DNA of 64,000 bases, from NCBI GenBank assembly GCA_030583805.1, contig CP129476.1, forward strand, positions 245,453 through 309,452, given 5' to 3'. The position numbers were made by a program, and so were the translations under genes. Below, piece after piece: positions 1-9,025 of this stretch. This DNA is from Patescibacteria group bacterium. Its GTDB lineage: Bacteria > Patescibacteriota > Patescibacteriia > SG8-24 > DYFX01. The notes beneath the pieces are model-generated. The model was given only the letters and a program-made list of their open reading frames with translations, was not told the origin of the DNA and ran no database searches. Each line of letters begins with the position of its first letter. Position 1 is the stretch's first letter.

Positions 1-58
1 TTATGGCTGGCATGTTATCCAATCACTCACGTAATGAAAATCGCACAGGGTCATATGC

Positions 59-838
59 TTATGTTTTTAAAAGGTGATCGTGTAACGCATCGCCGAGAAT
101 AAATTTCATGTGCTTGTCTGACGCTTTGCCGTCCAGATGGATAACCCGCATTTTCCCGTCCTCACTCACGGCGAGTTGGTTGATAAAATCAGGTACGCCA
201 GTCGGTGAAACAAAGTACCTAAAAACCATCCTGCCAATCGGAAACAGGTATCCGATACAGTTCTCAGTTCTAAACTTCGTAGGTGTTGGAATTAACTCCC
301 TGCTAATGTCCTTGTTTTCGCCAGTAACGATATTAACGAGACACGGAAATTTCATTTGAGTCCCAGGATCCCCCAAAAGGAGCATTTGCCGAACTTCCTC
401 CTCGTACTTCCCAAGGTTCACGTGTTGAAAAAACGGCCTGGTGGATATGCTGGCGCGCCACAGCAGAGAAAGCAGGAACAGTTTCAACGCCGCATAGTCG
501 ATATTCACGATATGGGTAGACTTAAGTTCTCCGTCGGGGTGGACTTGGTTTTCTGCCCTTACGTTCGGCAAAACATTATTTGCTTGCGTACCGAAAATAA
601 AAGCCGCTCCGTACTTTTCGTACCCTCCCAGAATCCGGTTATCGCAGTCCTGGCACAAAATACCACCCTCAAACTCCCCTGTTTGCACTTTCTTAGCAGT
701 ACCCAGTGAGCTCAGAGGGATGACGTAGGCTTCGTGATCTTCGCCATAGATATCACGATAGAAAAAATCAGAAAGAATGTGTGATCTGTTAATCAACTCT
801 TTCTCCTGTAGGCAGAGGCGGCATTTACCAATTTGCAT
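59..838 (-). CDS. hypothetical protein with N-terminal CxxC...CxDC zinc-ribbon/HNH-like motif
   Basis: 259-aa ORF in a very AT-rich stretch. It has CRLC...SHIL...CQDCDN cysteine pairs reminiscent of zinc-ribbon/HNH nucleases. It is the last gene of a 3-gene minus-strand operon. Confidence 0.45.
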   Translation of the reverse strand: MQIGKCRLCLQEKELINRSHILSDFFYRDIYGEDHEAYVIPLSSLGTAKKVQTGEFEGGILCQDCDNRILGGYEKYGAAFIFGTQANNVLPNVRAENQVHPDGELKSTHIVNIDYAALKLFLLSLLWRASISTRPFFQHVNLGKYEEEVRQMLLLGDPGTQMKFPCLVNIVTGENKDISRELIPTPTKFRTENCIGYLFPIGRMVFRYFVSPTGVPDFINQLAVSEDGKMRVIHLDGKASDKHMKFILGDALHDHLLKT

Positions 839-860
839 AGTGATTCCCTGTCCTTGCTAA

Positions 861-1310
861 TTACTTTCCCTTATCACCATGTTCCTGAACTACTCTCCAT
901 GTATATGGATAGTTATGGATCTTATGTTTTTGAATCGTGGACCAAGAAGTAAATCGAAAAGTAAGCCATTTAGCAAAAAGATCGATAAACATGTCAGTAG
1001 GAACCTGGTTTTTTACAACCATATAGCAAAGGAACTCGAATTCTCGGTCCGTCCTGAGAGTAATTTCCCTCGACGCTGCTCTATGTTTTTCCGCTTCATA
1101 AGAGTGCGGGTTATCTTCGAAATGCTCCTGCATTTCATCTGGTGTAAGTGCCTCAGCCGATTCTTGAATACTAAACAGCCTTTGACGGCTCTCAAGGAGA
1201 CGGTCAATTTTTTTATTTTGGCGATCCTTACTTATTGCGTAAATCGATAGACCTAATGAGACGATGGCAATAAATACTCCCGCATCTTGGGCAGCCACAG
1301 TTAAGTTCAT
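861..1310 (-). CDS. hypothetical membrane-anchored protein
   Basis: 149-aa ORF with one N-terminal hydrophobic helix (VFIAIVSLGLSIYAI). It overlaps the upstream gene by 4 bp (ATGA coupling). AT-rich. Confidence 0.45.
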   Translation of the reverse strand: MNLTVAAQDAGVFIAIVSLGLSIYAISKDRQNKKIDRLLESRQRLFSIQESAEALTPDEMQEHFEDNPHSYEAEKHRAASREITLRTDREFEFLCYMVVKNQVPTDMFIDLFAKWLTFRFTSWSTIQKHKIHNYPYTWRVVQEHGDKGK

Positions 1311-1888
1311 ATGTTGAAGTCTTTCGCGAATTCGGCAGCTTTATTTTTCAGCATCTGAGATCTCATCTCGTCCAGCAATTCCTGAGTAATACGATACTTT
1401 TGCAATAACGGTGCTATGAAACTCTCGAGCTGTCTGTCAGTGGCTCTTATTGTTTCCGCTGAAGAAAGCAGTTCTACTAGCATCTTTTTGCGCCCTTCAG
1501 GAAACATGAAATCTTCGGCTCTTTCCCTAAAGTAGCGATGAGACAACCAGTTTCGAATTTCAAGCGCATTCGTTAAACCAGCTATGAGGTCAGCCGGCAT
1601 CTCGACATATTGTCGGAAAGCTGAGACCATTTGTCCAAGCGTTTTCCGAAATTCGTTGTCATAAAAAGCATCCACCTCCTTTTCCCATTCAGATACCGTG
1701 CTTACTTTCGAACGTCGTTCTGGAATCAGACGCAAGCACACCATTGCGTTTACTAAACCGTGCTCGAGACACTGAGCCGCATAAACAGCGAGGCCGAAGT
1801 AAGCGTAGACCTCTTTCACTTCTTCAGTTTCATCGCACACCGGCTCAGGGTGGGAACCGATCCCCTTGCTTTTCTCTTCCTGAGTCAT
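1307..1888 (-). CDS. hypothetical protein (alpha-helical, no recognisable motif)
   Basis: 193-aa ORF, first gene of the AT-rich operon. A promoter-like AT-rich region lies upstream (1890-1975). Confidence 0.45.
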   Translation of the reverse strand: MTQEEKSKGIGSHPEPVCDETEEVKEVYAYFGLAVYAAQCLEHGLVNAMVCLRLIPERRSKVSTVSEWEKEVDAFYDNEFRKTLGQMVSAFRQYVEMPADLIAGLTNALEIRNWLSHRYFRERAEDFMFPEGRKKMLVELLSSAETIRATDRQLESFIAPLLQKYRITQELLDEMRSQMLKNKAAEFAKDFNI

Positions 1889-1977
1889 AGCATGTGTGTT
1901 ATTTCATGATTTTGCAGAGCATAAATAGTACACGATTATTGGCTTCCTTGCACCAATAAAAAGTATATACTTCCACT

Positions 1978-2955
1978 ATGTCTTTGATTTTAGGTGTCCA
2001 TCTACCGAATCGGCTTTTCTTGGCGGCTGATACTCGGCTGACCGTCATTAAGGACGGCGAGAAGACGTACCGCGACAACTTCTGGAAGGTGGCGGACTTT
2101 GGTCCTCAGATCACTTGCGTCGTTGCCGGCGACGCCTACCTTGCGGGCTTCATTCTCCGTAAGATAGCGGGTTCCGGTATTAAGCACGATAATATCAACC
2201 AATTCCGCCCATGGTTGGAGGCGAACCTGCCTACCTTCATCGATGCCTACCTCGGCGAAGGTGGCACGTACAAGAAAGTCGCCATGATTTTCGGCGGATA
2301 TGACCGCACGGCGAAGAAGAAGTTGAACTCAAGCGCCCTCGGTGACGCCATGAGCAAGCCGTTCGTAGGCAAAGAAGGCGTCGTGATGGATGTTGCGACG
2401 AACCGAATGGTAATCGATGGGTTGATGCGCGAATTTGCCCGCAGGGGCATGGAGCAAATTCCGAAAGACGCTGAATTCGAGATTGATTATCCCGACTCCT
2501 CGGTCTTTGCTGTGGAGATCGAACTGCCAAACGCCCCCGCGTTCCGTACCATTCCCTGTTATGGAGTGGTCCTGTATGCCCAGAAAAATCTGCGTGAGGA
2601 GCACGCGACGATGGACATGGTCCAGAAGCTCGAGACTCAAACCGACACGCGCCAGAAGGGCGAAGACGCAGTGGTCATGTGGTCATTGAATCTCGTCGCC
2701 ATGATAGACGAGATGATTTCCAAATACAGCCTAGATGGCGTGGGCGGCCACAAGTTGACGGTCTTGCTCACTCCAGAGGGGAACGTCATTCCGATGACAA
2801 CTGTCAAAAAAATGAACAAGGAGACAGGAAAAATCGCTACGGTCTCTGATATCTGCGTGCAGGACGACGCGTTCTGCGTTCGTGACGATAATGGCACCGT
2901 TTCACCTTTCGAGCAGGTCATGAACTACGGGCTGCAGGCTGATGCTGAAATTTGA
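1978..2955 (+). CDS. proteasome/HslV-like Ntn-hydrolase family protein (Ser1 variant) with ~120-aa C-terminal extension
   Basis: The N-terminus MSLILGV...LFLAADTRLT...WKVADF...VVAGDAYLAG...MIFGGYD aligns with the proteasome beta/HslV signature (T1TIVG...AADTRAT...K33...GSAAD...AGYD). Ser replaces the Thr1 nucleophile. Asp17 and a Lys at about position 36 are conserved. Confidence 0.5.
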   Translation: MSLILGVHLPNRLFLAADTRLTVIKDGEKTYRDNFWKVADFGPQITCVVAGDAYLAGFILRKIAGSGIKHDNINQFRPWLEANLPTFIDAYLGEGGTYKKVAMIFGGYDRTAKKKLNSSALGDAMSKPFVGKEGVVMDVATNRMVIDGLMREFARRGMEQIPKDAEFEIDYPDSSVFAVEIELPNAPAFRTIPCYGVVLYAQKNLREEHATMDMVQKLETQTDTRQKGEDAVVMWSLNLVAMIDEMISKYSLDGVGGHKLTVLLTPEGNVIPMTTVKKMNKETGKIATVSDICVQDDAFCVRDDNGTVSPFEQVMNYGLQADAEI

Positions 2956-3624
2956 ATGGACCCAATGGAACGGACAACGAGTCGAGAAACCATCATCGAG
3001 TATCTGCCCATCATCAAAAAGATTCAGGCGTCTCTTGAGATTCGTCTATTGAAACACCCGAGCCTTGAAGGATCCGATAAATTGCCGTTCTACGGCCTGT
3101 GGGGCGGACACGATCCCGTACCGGTTATTGAAGCTTGGCAAATTATCGGTGGCTGGGTCGGTGAAAAGGGCGTACGGGTTGAGAACACTTGGCCGTCATT
3201 CCACTTGGTGAAGACCGACAGCGCGACGGATTGGTGGGAGGTGCACAAGCTCATCGCTAAACACATTCGTAAGCAAGATCCAGTCGAAGCCGGTCGGGAA
3301 AAGGCGATACGTCGCGACTCCCCAATCGAAATCGCCCTTACGCTCGAAGGCGATCTTTTCCGTGGAAAGCATAAATACTCACTGAGAGAACCGCGACGCG
3401 TTTCTCTCATTAGGCTGCTCAGTGGGGCTGGCGGCAGCTTCGTTAAAACGAACGAGTTGCAGTTGCTGGTCGGCAACGCGAGTGCAGATGCGCTCCGGGG
3501 GATGATCCACGCTATAAATAGGGGTGCCAGAATCCATCTTGTGATCAAGTACAACGTCATCGAAGGCCGTTCCCGAAGCGGCTACCGAATCAATCCGAAG
3601 TATAAGCTTGGCCGCAAAAAATAG
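2956..3624 (+). CDS. hypothetical protein, translationally coupled to the Ntn-hydrolase-like gene
   Basis: Its start codon directly abuts the upstream stop (TGA-ATG). 222 aa with a basic C-terminus. No recognisable motif. Confidence 0.5.
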   Translation: MDPMERTTSRETIIEYLPIIKKIQASLEIRLLKHPSLEGSDKLPFYGLWGGHDPVPVIEAWQIIGGWVGEKGVRVENTWPSFHLVKTDSATDWWEVHKLIAKHIRKQDPVEAGREKAIRRDSPIEIALTLEGDLFRGKHKYSLREPRRVSLIRLLSGAGGSFVKTNELQLLVGNASADALRGMIHAINRGARIHLVIKYNVIEGRSRSGYRINPKYKLGRKK

Positions 3625-3797
3625 CGCGCACCCTAACGTCACTCACGTGGAGTGAATAACTCCAGAGAAACGGCCTGAATATGGCCGTTTTTCTGTTGTG
3701 CCTCTCCACGTGTGTGGGATGTGAGTGACATTCCGAACGGGGTGGAATGTACGTAGGTCGAGCCGGTACCAGTCCTAATAACCATACCCAAGACCCT

Positions 3798-5075
3798 ATG
3801 CCAGACACCCTCAACTTGCAGGTCGAGTACGTACCCATCGATTCGCTCAAGCCCTGTCCTTGGAACCCACGCAAGTGGGACGAGGCCGCCAAGAGTCAGC
3901 TCCGAGAAAGCCTCGTCCGCTTCGGATTGGTAGACCCGCTCATCGTGAACCAGCATCCCAATCGGTTGAACTTCATCGTCGGCGGCCATTTTAGGCACGC
4001 CATGGCAAAAGAGATCGGAATCGAGAAGGTCCCGGTCGTGTATGTCTCGCTTCCCGAAGACAAGGAGAAAGAGCTTTCGCTCCGTCTCAATAGGAACATC
4101 GGCGGCTGGGACTATGACCTTCTTAAAGAGTTCGACACTTCCCTGCTCCTCGACGTCGGGTTCGATAACCGTGATCTCAGCGCTATTTGGGATGCAGCTC
4201 TCGAAACGTCGGATGACGGATTCGACGTCGAAAAAGAAGCCGCCAAGATCACTGCGCCCAAAACCAAGTTGGGTGACATGTACGCGCTCGGCAAGCATGT
4301 CCTGATCTGCGGCGACTCGAGGGATGAGACCACGATCAAGAAGCTCGTCGGAAGCCAAACGATCGACATGGTCTATTCGGATCCCCCCTTCAACATCGGT
4401 CTGTCATACAACAAAGGCATTTCGACCTCTGGCAAGTACGGAGGCCTCAAGACGGACGACAAGCTCTCGGACAGTGCCTATCGAGAATTCCTCACCAAGA
4501 CCATCAGGAACGCCCTTACGGTCTCAAAACCTGATGCCCATGTCTTCTCCTGGTGCGACGAGAACAGCGTCGGGCTCCTGCAAGACCTCTTTACCGAACT
4601 CGGTCTCCAAAATCGACGGACGTGCCTGTGGATCAAGAACAATTTCAACATGACGCCTGGTGTCGCCTTCAACAAAGCCTATGAGCCCTGCGTCTACGCC
4701 ACGCGCGGAAAGCCGTACCTCGCCCCCGACGTGAAGAATCTGAACGAGGTCATGAACAAGGAAATCGGCGTCGGGAACCGTACGATCGACGATATCTTGG
4801 ATCTCTTCAACATCTGGCTGGCTAAGAGGCTGCCCGGCCGGGACTACGAGCACCCTACGGAAAAACCCCCGACACTCCACGAGAAGGCACTGAGGCGCTG
4901 TACAAAGGTTGGAGACGCGGTTCTCGATCTCTTCTGCGGTTCGGGGTCGACCCTCATGGCCTGCGAGATGATGAAACGCCGATGCTTCACATGCGAGATC
5001 GAGCCCGTATTTTGCGATGTAACGATAAAAAGATATGAACTCCTCACCGGAGACAAGGCCAAGCTTCTCAATTAG
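3798..5075 (+). CDS. ParB-like nuclease domain fused to beta-class N6-adenine/N4-cytosine DNA methyltransferase
   Basis: The N-terminus has the ParB/Srx motif (YVPIDSLKPCPWNPRKWD...IVGGHFRH). This is followed by DPPFN (motif IV) and a C-terminal FCGSGST (motif I), i.e. a permuted beta-class MTase. An alternative upstream ATG exists at 3747. Confidence 0.8.
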   Translation: MPDTLNLQVEYVPIDSLKPCPWNPRKWDEAAKSQLRESLVRFGLVDPLIVNQHPNRLNFIVGGHFRHAMAKEIGIEKVPVVYVSLPEDKEKELSLRLNRNIGGWDYDLLKEFDTSLLLDVGFDNRDLSAIWDAALETSDDGFDVEKEAAKITAPKTKLGDMYALGKHVLICGDSRDETTIKKLVGSQTIDMVYSDPPFNIGLSYNKGISTSGKYGGLKTDDKLSDSAYREFLTKTIRNALTVSKPDAHVFSWCDENSVGLLQDLFTELGLQNRRTCLWIKNNFNMTPGVAFNKAYEPCVYATRGKPYLAPDVKNLNEVMNKEIGVGNRTIDDILDLFNIWLAKRLPGRDYEHPTEKPPTLHEKALRRCTKVGDAVLDLFCGSGSTLMACEMMKRRCFTCEIEPVFCDVTIKRYELLTGDKAKLLN

Positions 5076-5811
5076 TCCCGGCGACATCTATGCACTCGGG
5101 AACCATCGGCTGGCCTGCGGCAGCACGAGCGACCACGACCTGCTCCGTCGGCTTTTCGATAACGACAAGATTGACCTCGTCCTCACGGATCCGCCGTATG
5201 GCGTCGCCTACGTCAGCTCGAAGATCGGCGTAACGGAAGGGATCTCGAAACCGAAGGAAATCATCGGCGACCACGAGCAGAGCGACGCGGAGTACCGTGC
5301 CTTTACGAAGGACTGGCTTCTGTCCGCACGCCCATATCTCGCCAAAAAGAATGCGACCTATATCTTCAACTCCGACAAGATGATCTTTGCCCTTCGCGAA
5401 GGCATGCTTGAGGCCGGATTCAAATTCGCCCAACTGCTCATTTGGGTGAAAGACCATGCTGTGCTCGGACGGATGGACTACCTGCCCCAGCACGAACTCA
5501 TCGCCTACGGCTGGTTCGGAACGCATGCGTTCCGGCGTTCGAAGGCTAAGAGCATTCTCGCTTTTCCGAAGCCGGGAAAAAGCCCGCACCACCCCACCCA
5601 GAAGCCAATAGGCTTGCTTCGCGAACTCATCTTGAACAGTTCGAAGCCGAACGACGTGGTCTTCGACGGATTCATGGGCGGCGGCTCGACGCTGCTCGCG
5701 TGCGAGCAGACGAAGCGTCGATGCTTCGGCGTCGAGATCGACGCGGAGCACTGTCTCACGGTTATCCGCAGATGGGAGGCGCTGACCGGACAGAAGGCCG
5801 TGAAGACGTGA
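5035..5811 (+). CDS. beta-class DNA methyltransferase (N4-C/N6-A)
   Basis: DPPYG motif IV, HPTQKP and C-terminal FDGFMGGGST motif I. It overlaps the upstream MTase by 41 bp. Confidence 0.8.
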   Translation: MNSSPETRPSFSISPGDIYALGNHRLACGSTSDHDLLRRLFDNDKIDLVLTDPPYGVAYVSSKIGVTEGISKPKEIIGDHEQSDAEYRAFTKDWLLSARPYLAKKNATYIFNSDKMIFALREGMLEAGFKFAQLLIWVKDHAVLGRMDYLPQHELIAYGWFGTHAFRRSKAKSILAFPKPGKSPHHPTQKPIGLLRELILNSSKPNDVVFDGFMGGGSTLLACEQTKRRCFGVEIDAEHCLTVIRRWEALTGQKAVKT

Positions 5812-5812
5812 T

Positions 5813-6364
5813 ATGAAATCAGGCGCCACAGCATCACCAGCACGGGCGACTCCGGCCGAAAGGCCGGAGCGTCTTAAGGCTCGGCATGCGAAGAAGCTCA
5901 TGCTGGAGATGCTGCGGAAGTACCCGATCATCGAGGCAGCCTGCTCGAAAGCCGGCATTTCCCGTTCGACGCATTATGAGTGGATGAAGAAGGATGCGCG
6001 GTACTCGGCCGATGTCGAACAAGCCACGAGAGCGAGCATCGACACCGTGACCGACATTGCGGAGAGCAATATCATCGAGGGTATCAAGAAGGGAGATTAT
6101 AAATGCTCGGCATTCTGGCTCATCCATCGCCATATGGCCTACAAGAAAAGGAACGATTTGGAAGACACCAAGACAGAGAAACTCCTGATCAAGCCGCCGC
6201 CGAGCGAACGGTTTATCGCTGCGGTCAGAAAATACGATCCTGATTACAATCCTCCCAAAGGGGTGCAATACATCACGCGGGAGGAATGGGAACGCGAACG
6301 ACGGAACGCTGAAGTTTTTTCACGTTTATACGAAGAAAGGCTTCGTCTTGAATCGAGCAAGTAG
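5813..6364 (+). CDS. HTH-domain protein, phage terminase small-subunit-like
   Basis: Has the AACSKAGISRSTHYEWMKKDARYSADVEQA helix-turn-helix typical of phage TerS/homeodomain-like proteins. It starts 2 nt after the MTase stop. Confidence 0.4.
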   Translation: MKSGATASPARATPAERPERLKARHAKKLMLEMLRKYPIIEAACSKAGISRSTHYEWMKKDARYSADVEQATRASIDTVTDIAESNIIEGIKKGDYKCSAFWLIHRHMAYKKRNDLEDTKTEKLLIKPPPSERFIAAVRKYDPDYNPPKGVQYITREEWERERRNAEVFSRLYEERLRLESSK

Positions 6365-6415
6365 GCGGAAGGCCGCGCAAAAGAAAAAGCGCTCCGAAGA
6401 AGCGCTATGAATCGA

Positions 6416-7450
6416 TCAGTGCCGGATGCCTCCTCCGTCTCGCCAGCAGTCGCCGACCACGTTCCAGTTGTTCAGGTTGAACCAACTGGTCTGGCCCGAC
6501 GACGACCCGTAGAGGAAGAAGTTCATGTTCTGTACCGAGTTGCTCAGGATGAGGCTGTAGCTCGTGACCGAACTCGACCACGTTGCCTTGGGCTTGCCTG
6601 AAGTGTAGGCGCCCCATCCGTCGGTATCCGATCCGTATTCGAGATAGACCGGACTGCCGCTCGGTACGGAGCCGAAGATGCCGTACGGGATGTTGCCCGT
6701 GATCGTCACCGTCATGTCCGGGCCGTTCTCGACGCAGTTGATGGTACCGTTCGGAGGTGCAGCATGCGTGATGACGCCGCCGTTCTTCCAGCAGGCTCCG
6801 CCGACCGTCCAGGCATCGCCGTCGTAGTCGGCGTCCGTCAGGTCGAACCACTTGCCCGTGCTTCCGTCCGTCAGGTACAGGTTGAAGTTGTAGACGTTCG
6901 GAGGGAGAAAGAGCGTGTGGTTGTTCGTGCCGTTCCAGTTCGTGAAGGCCTTGCCCGAGCTGTAGGGAACGCTCCACCCATCCGTGTCCGATCCGTAGAG
7001 GATCTTGGTCGGATTCGTGACGGAGCCGTTCACGAGCATGCTCTGGATCGGCCCGTTCACGTAGACGGAGAGGCCGTTCGAATCGAGCGTACAGCTGATG
7101 TCGCCGGTCGACGGCGGCGGTACGAGGTGGCGAATGCCGCCTCCGTCGCGCCAGCAGTCGCCGGTCACCGTCCAGTCGTTGAGGTCGAACCATCCCTGTT
7201 GCCCGCTCGTCGGGTTGTACAGGAAGAAGTTCATGTTCTGGACGGACGGGTTGAGTGCGAGGGTGTAGACCCTCGGAATCCCTGTCGAAACCCAGTCGCC
7301 GACCCACTCCGCCTTGGGCTTGCCTGAGGTGTAGGCGCCCCATCCGTCGGTATCCGATCCGTATTCCAACAAGGTGCCGGATGCGGTGACCTGGGTGAAG
7401 ACGCCTTCCTGCACGGGACCGGTGATGGACACGTCCAGCGCGGCACCGCT
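6416..7450. repeat. intragenic tandem repeats (~330 bp units, outer copies near-identical)
   Basis: DNA segments around 6596-6650 and 7324-7380 are almost identical (ggcgccccatccgtcggtatccgatccgtattc). They match the protein repeats in the M23 peptidase C-terminus. Confidence 0.6.
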
Positions 7451-8917
7451 CACGCGGCAGTCGATCGTCATGGAAGTGACGCCGCCGCCTTGTCCGCCTG
7501 GATGGCACTCGTTGGACTTGGCGTAGTTGAACGGAACGCTGTTGTTGAGCGGCGCGCCCGACAAGGCCGCGACGGTGCCGTCGGGGATCTGGATGACGTT
7601 CCTGTAGCCTCGGTACGTCCCGTAGACGAGCTGGACGTACTTTCCGAACCCGGCGACCCACTCTTCACGGTTGAGCCGCTGGTAGCGGGTGACCGGCGTC
7701 GATGTCGCGTCGTTGCCAGTGATCGTATCCGCGGTCACGAGCCAGAAGTCGTTGTCACTGGCTTCCTCCACGACCGTACCCACGCGCAGTCCCAGGTTCG
7801 GGCCGGAAGGCATCGTGTTGCATTCCTCGGCCGTGCCCACCTGCAATTCATTGGACTTGAAGCCCCATGACTTGATCAGCGGCTGGTACCGCGCATCCGC
7901 TTGGGTGAAGGGAATCCTGCGCCTGAGAGAAGATGTACCGCTCTTGAACGTGACATAGAACTCAACGGTGACACCTGGGTTGCAAACGACGAGTCTTGTT
8001 GTTTGCTGAGAGGAGATGTCCGGCCCTTGCGCGTAGCAACCGAGCACGTCCGAAGGCACCTCGACGACTTGCGCCGTGGGACTCGACGAATCCTGCCAGA
8101 GCCTGCGCCCGACGAACGCGTTCCAGTCGGTGATGTGACACACCGTGGACTCGCTACAGACGAGGTAGATCTCCGGATGGCCGATCTGCTTGACGAGCGT
8201 GCCGACCGGGAAATGCGTCGCGCCGTTCCCGCCGATCGTCACCCAATGCGACGACTGCGAGAGCGGCATGTCGATATCCAAGAAATGGGTGTAACCGCCC
8301 ATCGGTTCGGGTTTGACGGGCTCGAAGACGTTCGGATCGGATACGGTCGGGCAGTGGAGGGCGAAGTGGATGTGCGGGCCGGTGACATTGCCCGTCGATC
8401 CTTCGTATCCCAGCAGCTGGCCCTTCTGGACGACCTGTCCGTGAACAACCGAGCGGCTGTTCAGGTGGCCGTAGTGCGAGAGACACCCGTTGGAGTGTCT
8501 CACATGCACGTGTCTGCCCCAGCCCGAGTTCCAGTCGTCGCCGCCGCTCCAGGCACGGATCTCGACCGTGCCGGCCGCGACGGCCAAGACGCGCGTGTTG
8601 TTGCCCGAGACGCCGATGCCCGCGAAGTCGATCGCGTACTGGTCATCGCCCAGGCCGCTCCACGAGCTGCCGTGATCGGAGTGGCTGAAGCACTGTGCGC
8701 CCTGCGGCGTGAGGTTGTTCGGGCAGTACGTCTGAGCCACGACGTGCGGCTGGGTCAGATCGAAGGGCAAGCCCAGATCCAATCCGACGTCCGCAGCCGT
8801 GCGCGGTGGGCCCACGATGGGCAGCTCCACGGCACCGGTGTCTTCCGGATCCTCCGCGTAGCAACCGACCAAGATCAACAGCAGGAACTGCACGCACAAT
8901 AGGAGCCTCGTTCGCAT
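6416..8917 (-). CDS. secreted M23-family metallopeptidase lipoprotein with three C-terminal ~100-aa repeats
   Basis: Signal peptide plus lipobox (LILVGCYAE). M23 motifs (HxxxD-like HSDHGSSW, GSTGNVTGPHIHFALH). Three repeats of YGSDTDGWGAYTSGKPKA...NMNFFLY...WFDLNDW...GDCWRDGGGIRH. Confidence 0.85.
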   Translation of the reverse strand: MRTRLLLCVQFLLLILVGCYAEDPEDTGAVELPIVGPPRTAADVGLDLGLPFDLTQPHVVAQTYCPNNLTPQGAQCFSHSDHGSSWSGLGDDQYAIDFAGIGVSGNNTRVLAVAAGTVEIRAWSGGDDWNSGWGRHVHVRHSNGCLSHYGHLNSRSVVHGQVVQKGQLLGYEGSTGNVTGPHIHFALHCPTVSDPNVFEPVKPEPMGGYTHFLDIDMPLSQSSHWVTIGGNGATHFPVGTLVKQIGHPEIYLVCSESTVCHITDWNAFVGRRLWQDSSSPTAQVVEVPSDVLGCYAQGPDISSQQTTRLVVCNPGVTVEFYVTFKSGTSSLRRRIPFTQADARYQPLIKSWGFKSNELQVGTAEECNTMPSGPNLGLRVGTVVEEASDNDFWLVTADTITGNDATSTPVTRYQRLNREEWVAGFGKYVQLVYGTYRGYRNVIQIPDGTVAALSGAPLNNSVPFNYAKSNECHPGGQGGGVTSMTIDCRVSGAALDVSITGPVQEGVFTQVTASGTLLEYGSDTDGWGAYTSGKPKAEWVGDWVSTGIPRVYTLALNPSVQNMNFFLYNPTSGQQGWFDLNDWTVTGDCWRDGGGIRHLVPPPSTGDISCTLDSNGLSVYVNGPIQSMLVNGSVTNPTKILYGSDTDGWSVPYSSGKAFTNWNGTNNHTLFLPPNVYNFNLYLTDGSTGKWFDLTDADYDGDAWTVGGACWKNGGVITHAAPPNGTINCVENGPDMTVTITGNIPYGIFGSVPSGSPVYLEYGSDTDGWGAYTSGKPKATWSSSVTSYSLILSNSVQNMNFFLYGSSSGQTSWFNLNNWNVVGDCWRDGGGIRH

Positions 8918-9025
8918 CTTCCGTCTCTCTCTTTCCTTCCAGTTGTGATGGTACTTCTTGAGACGCTGGTTCGTCCCTTAAACCGCTCGTCACTTTCGTG
9001 ACGAGCGGTGTGAGCGGCGAATCAG

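Noticed and set aside
6405-7661. 418-aa minus-strand ORF (Arg/His-rich)
   Set aside because: It is an alternative frame inside the M23 peptidase gene. The peptidase frame carries clear catalytic motifs and repeats.
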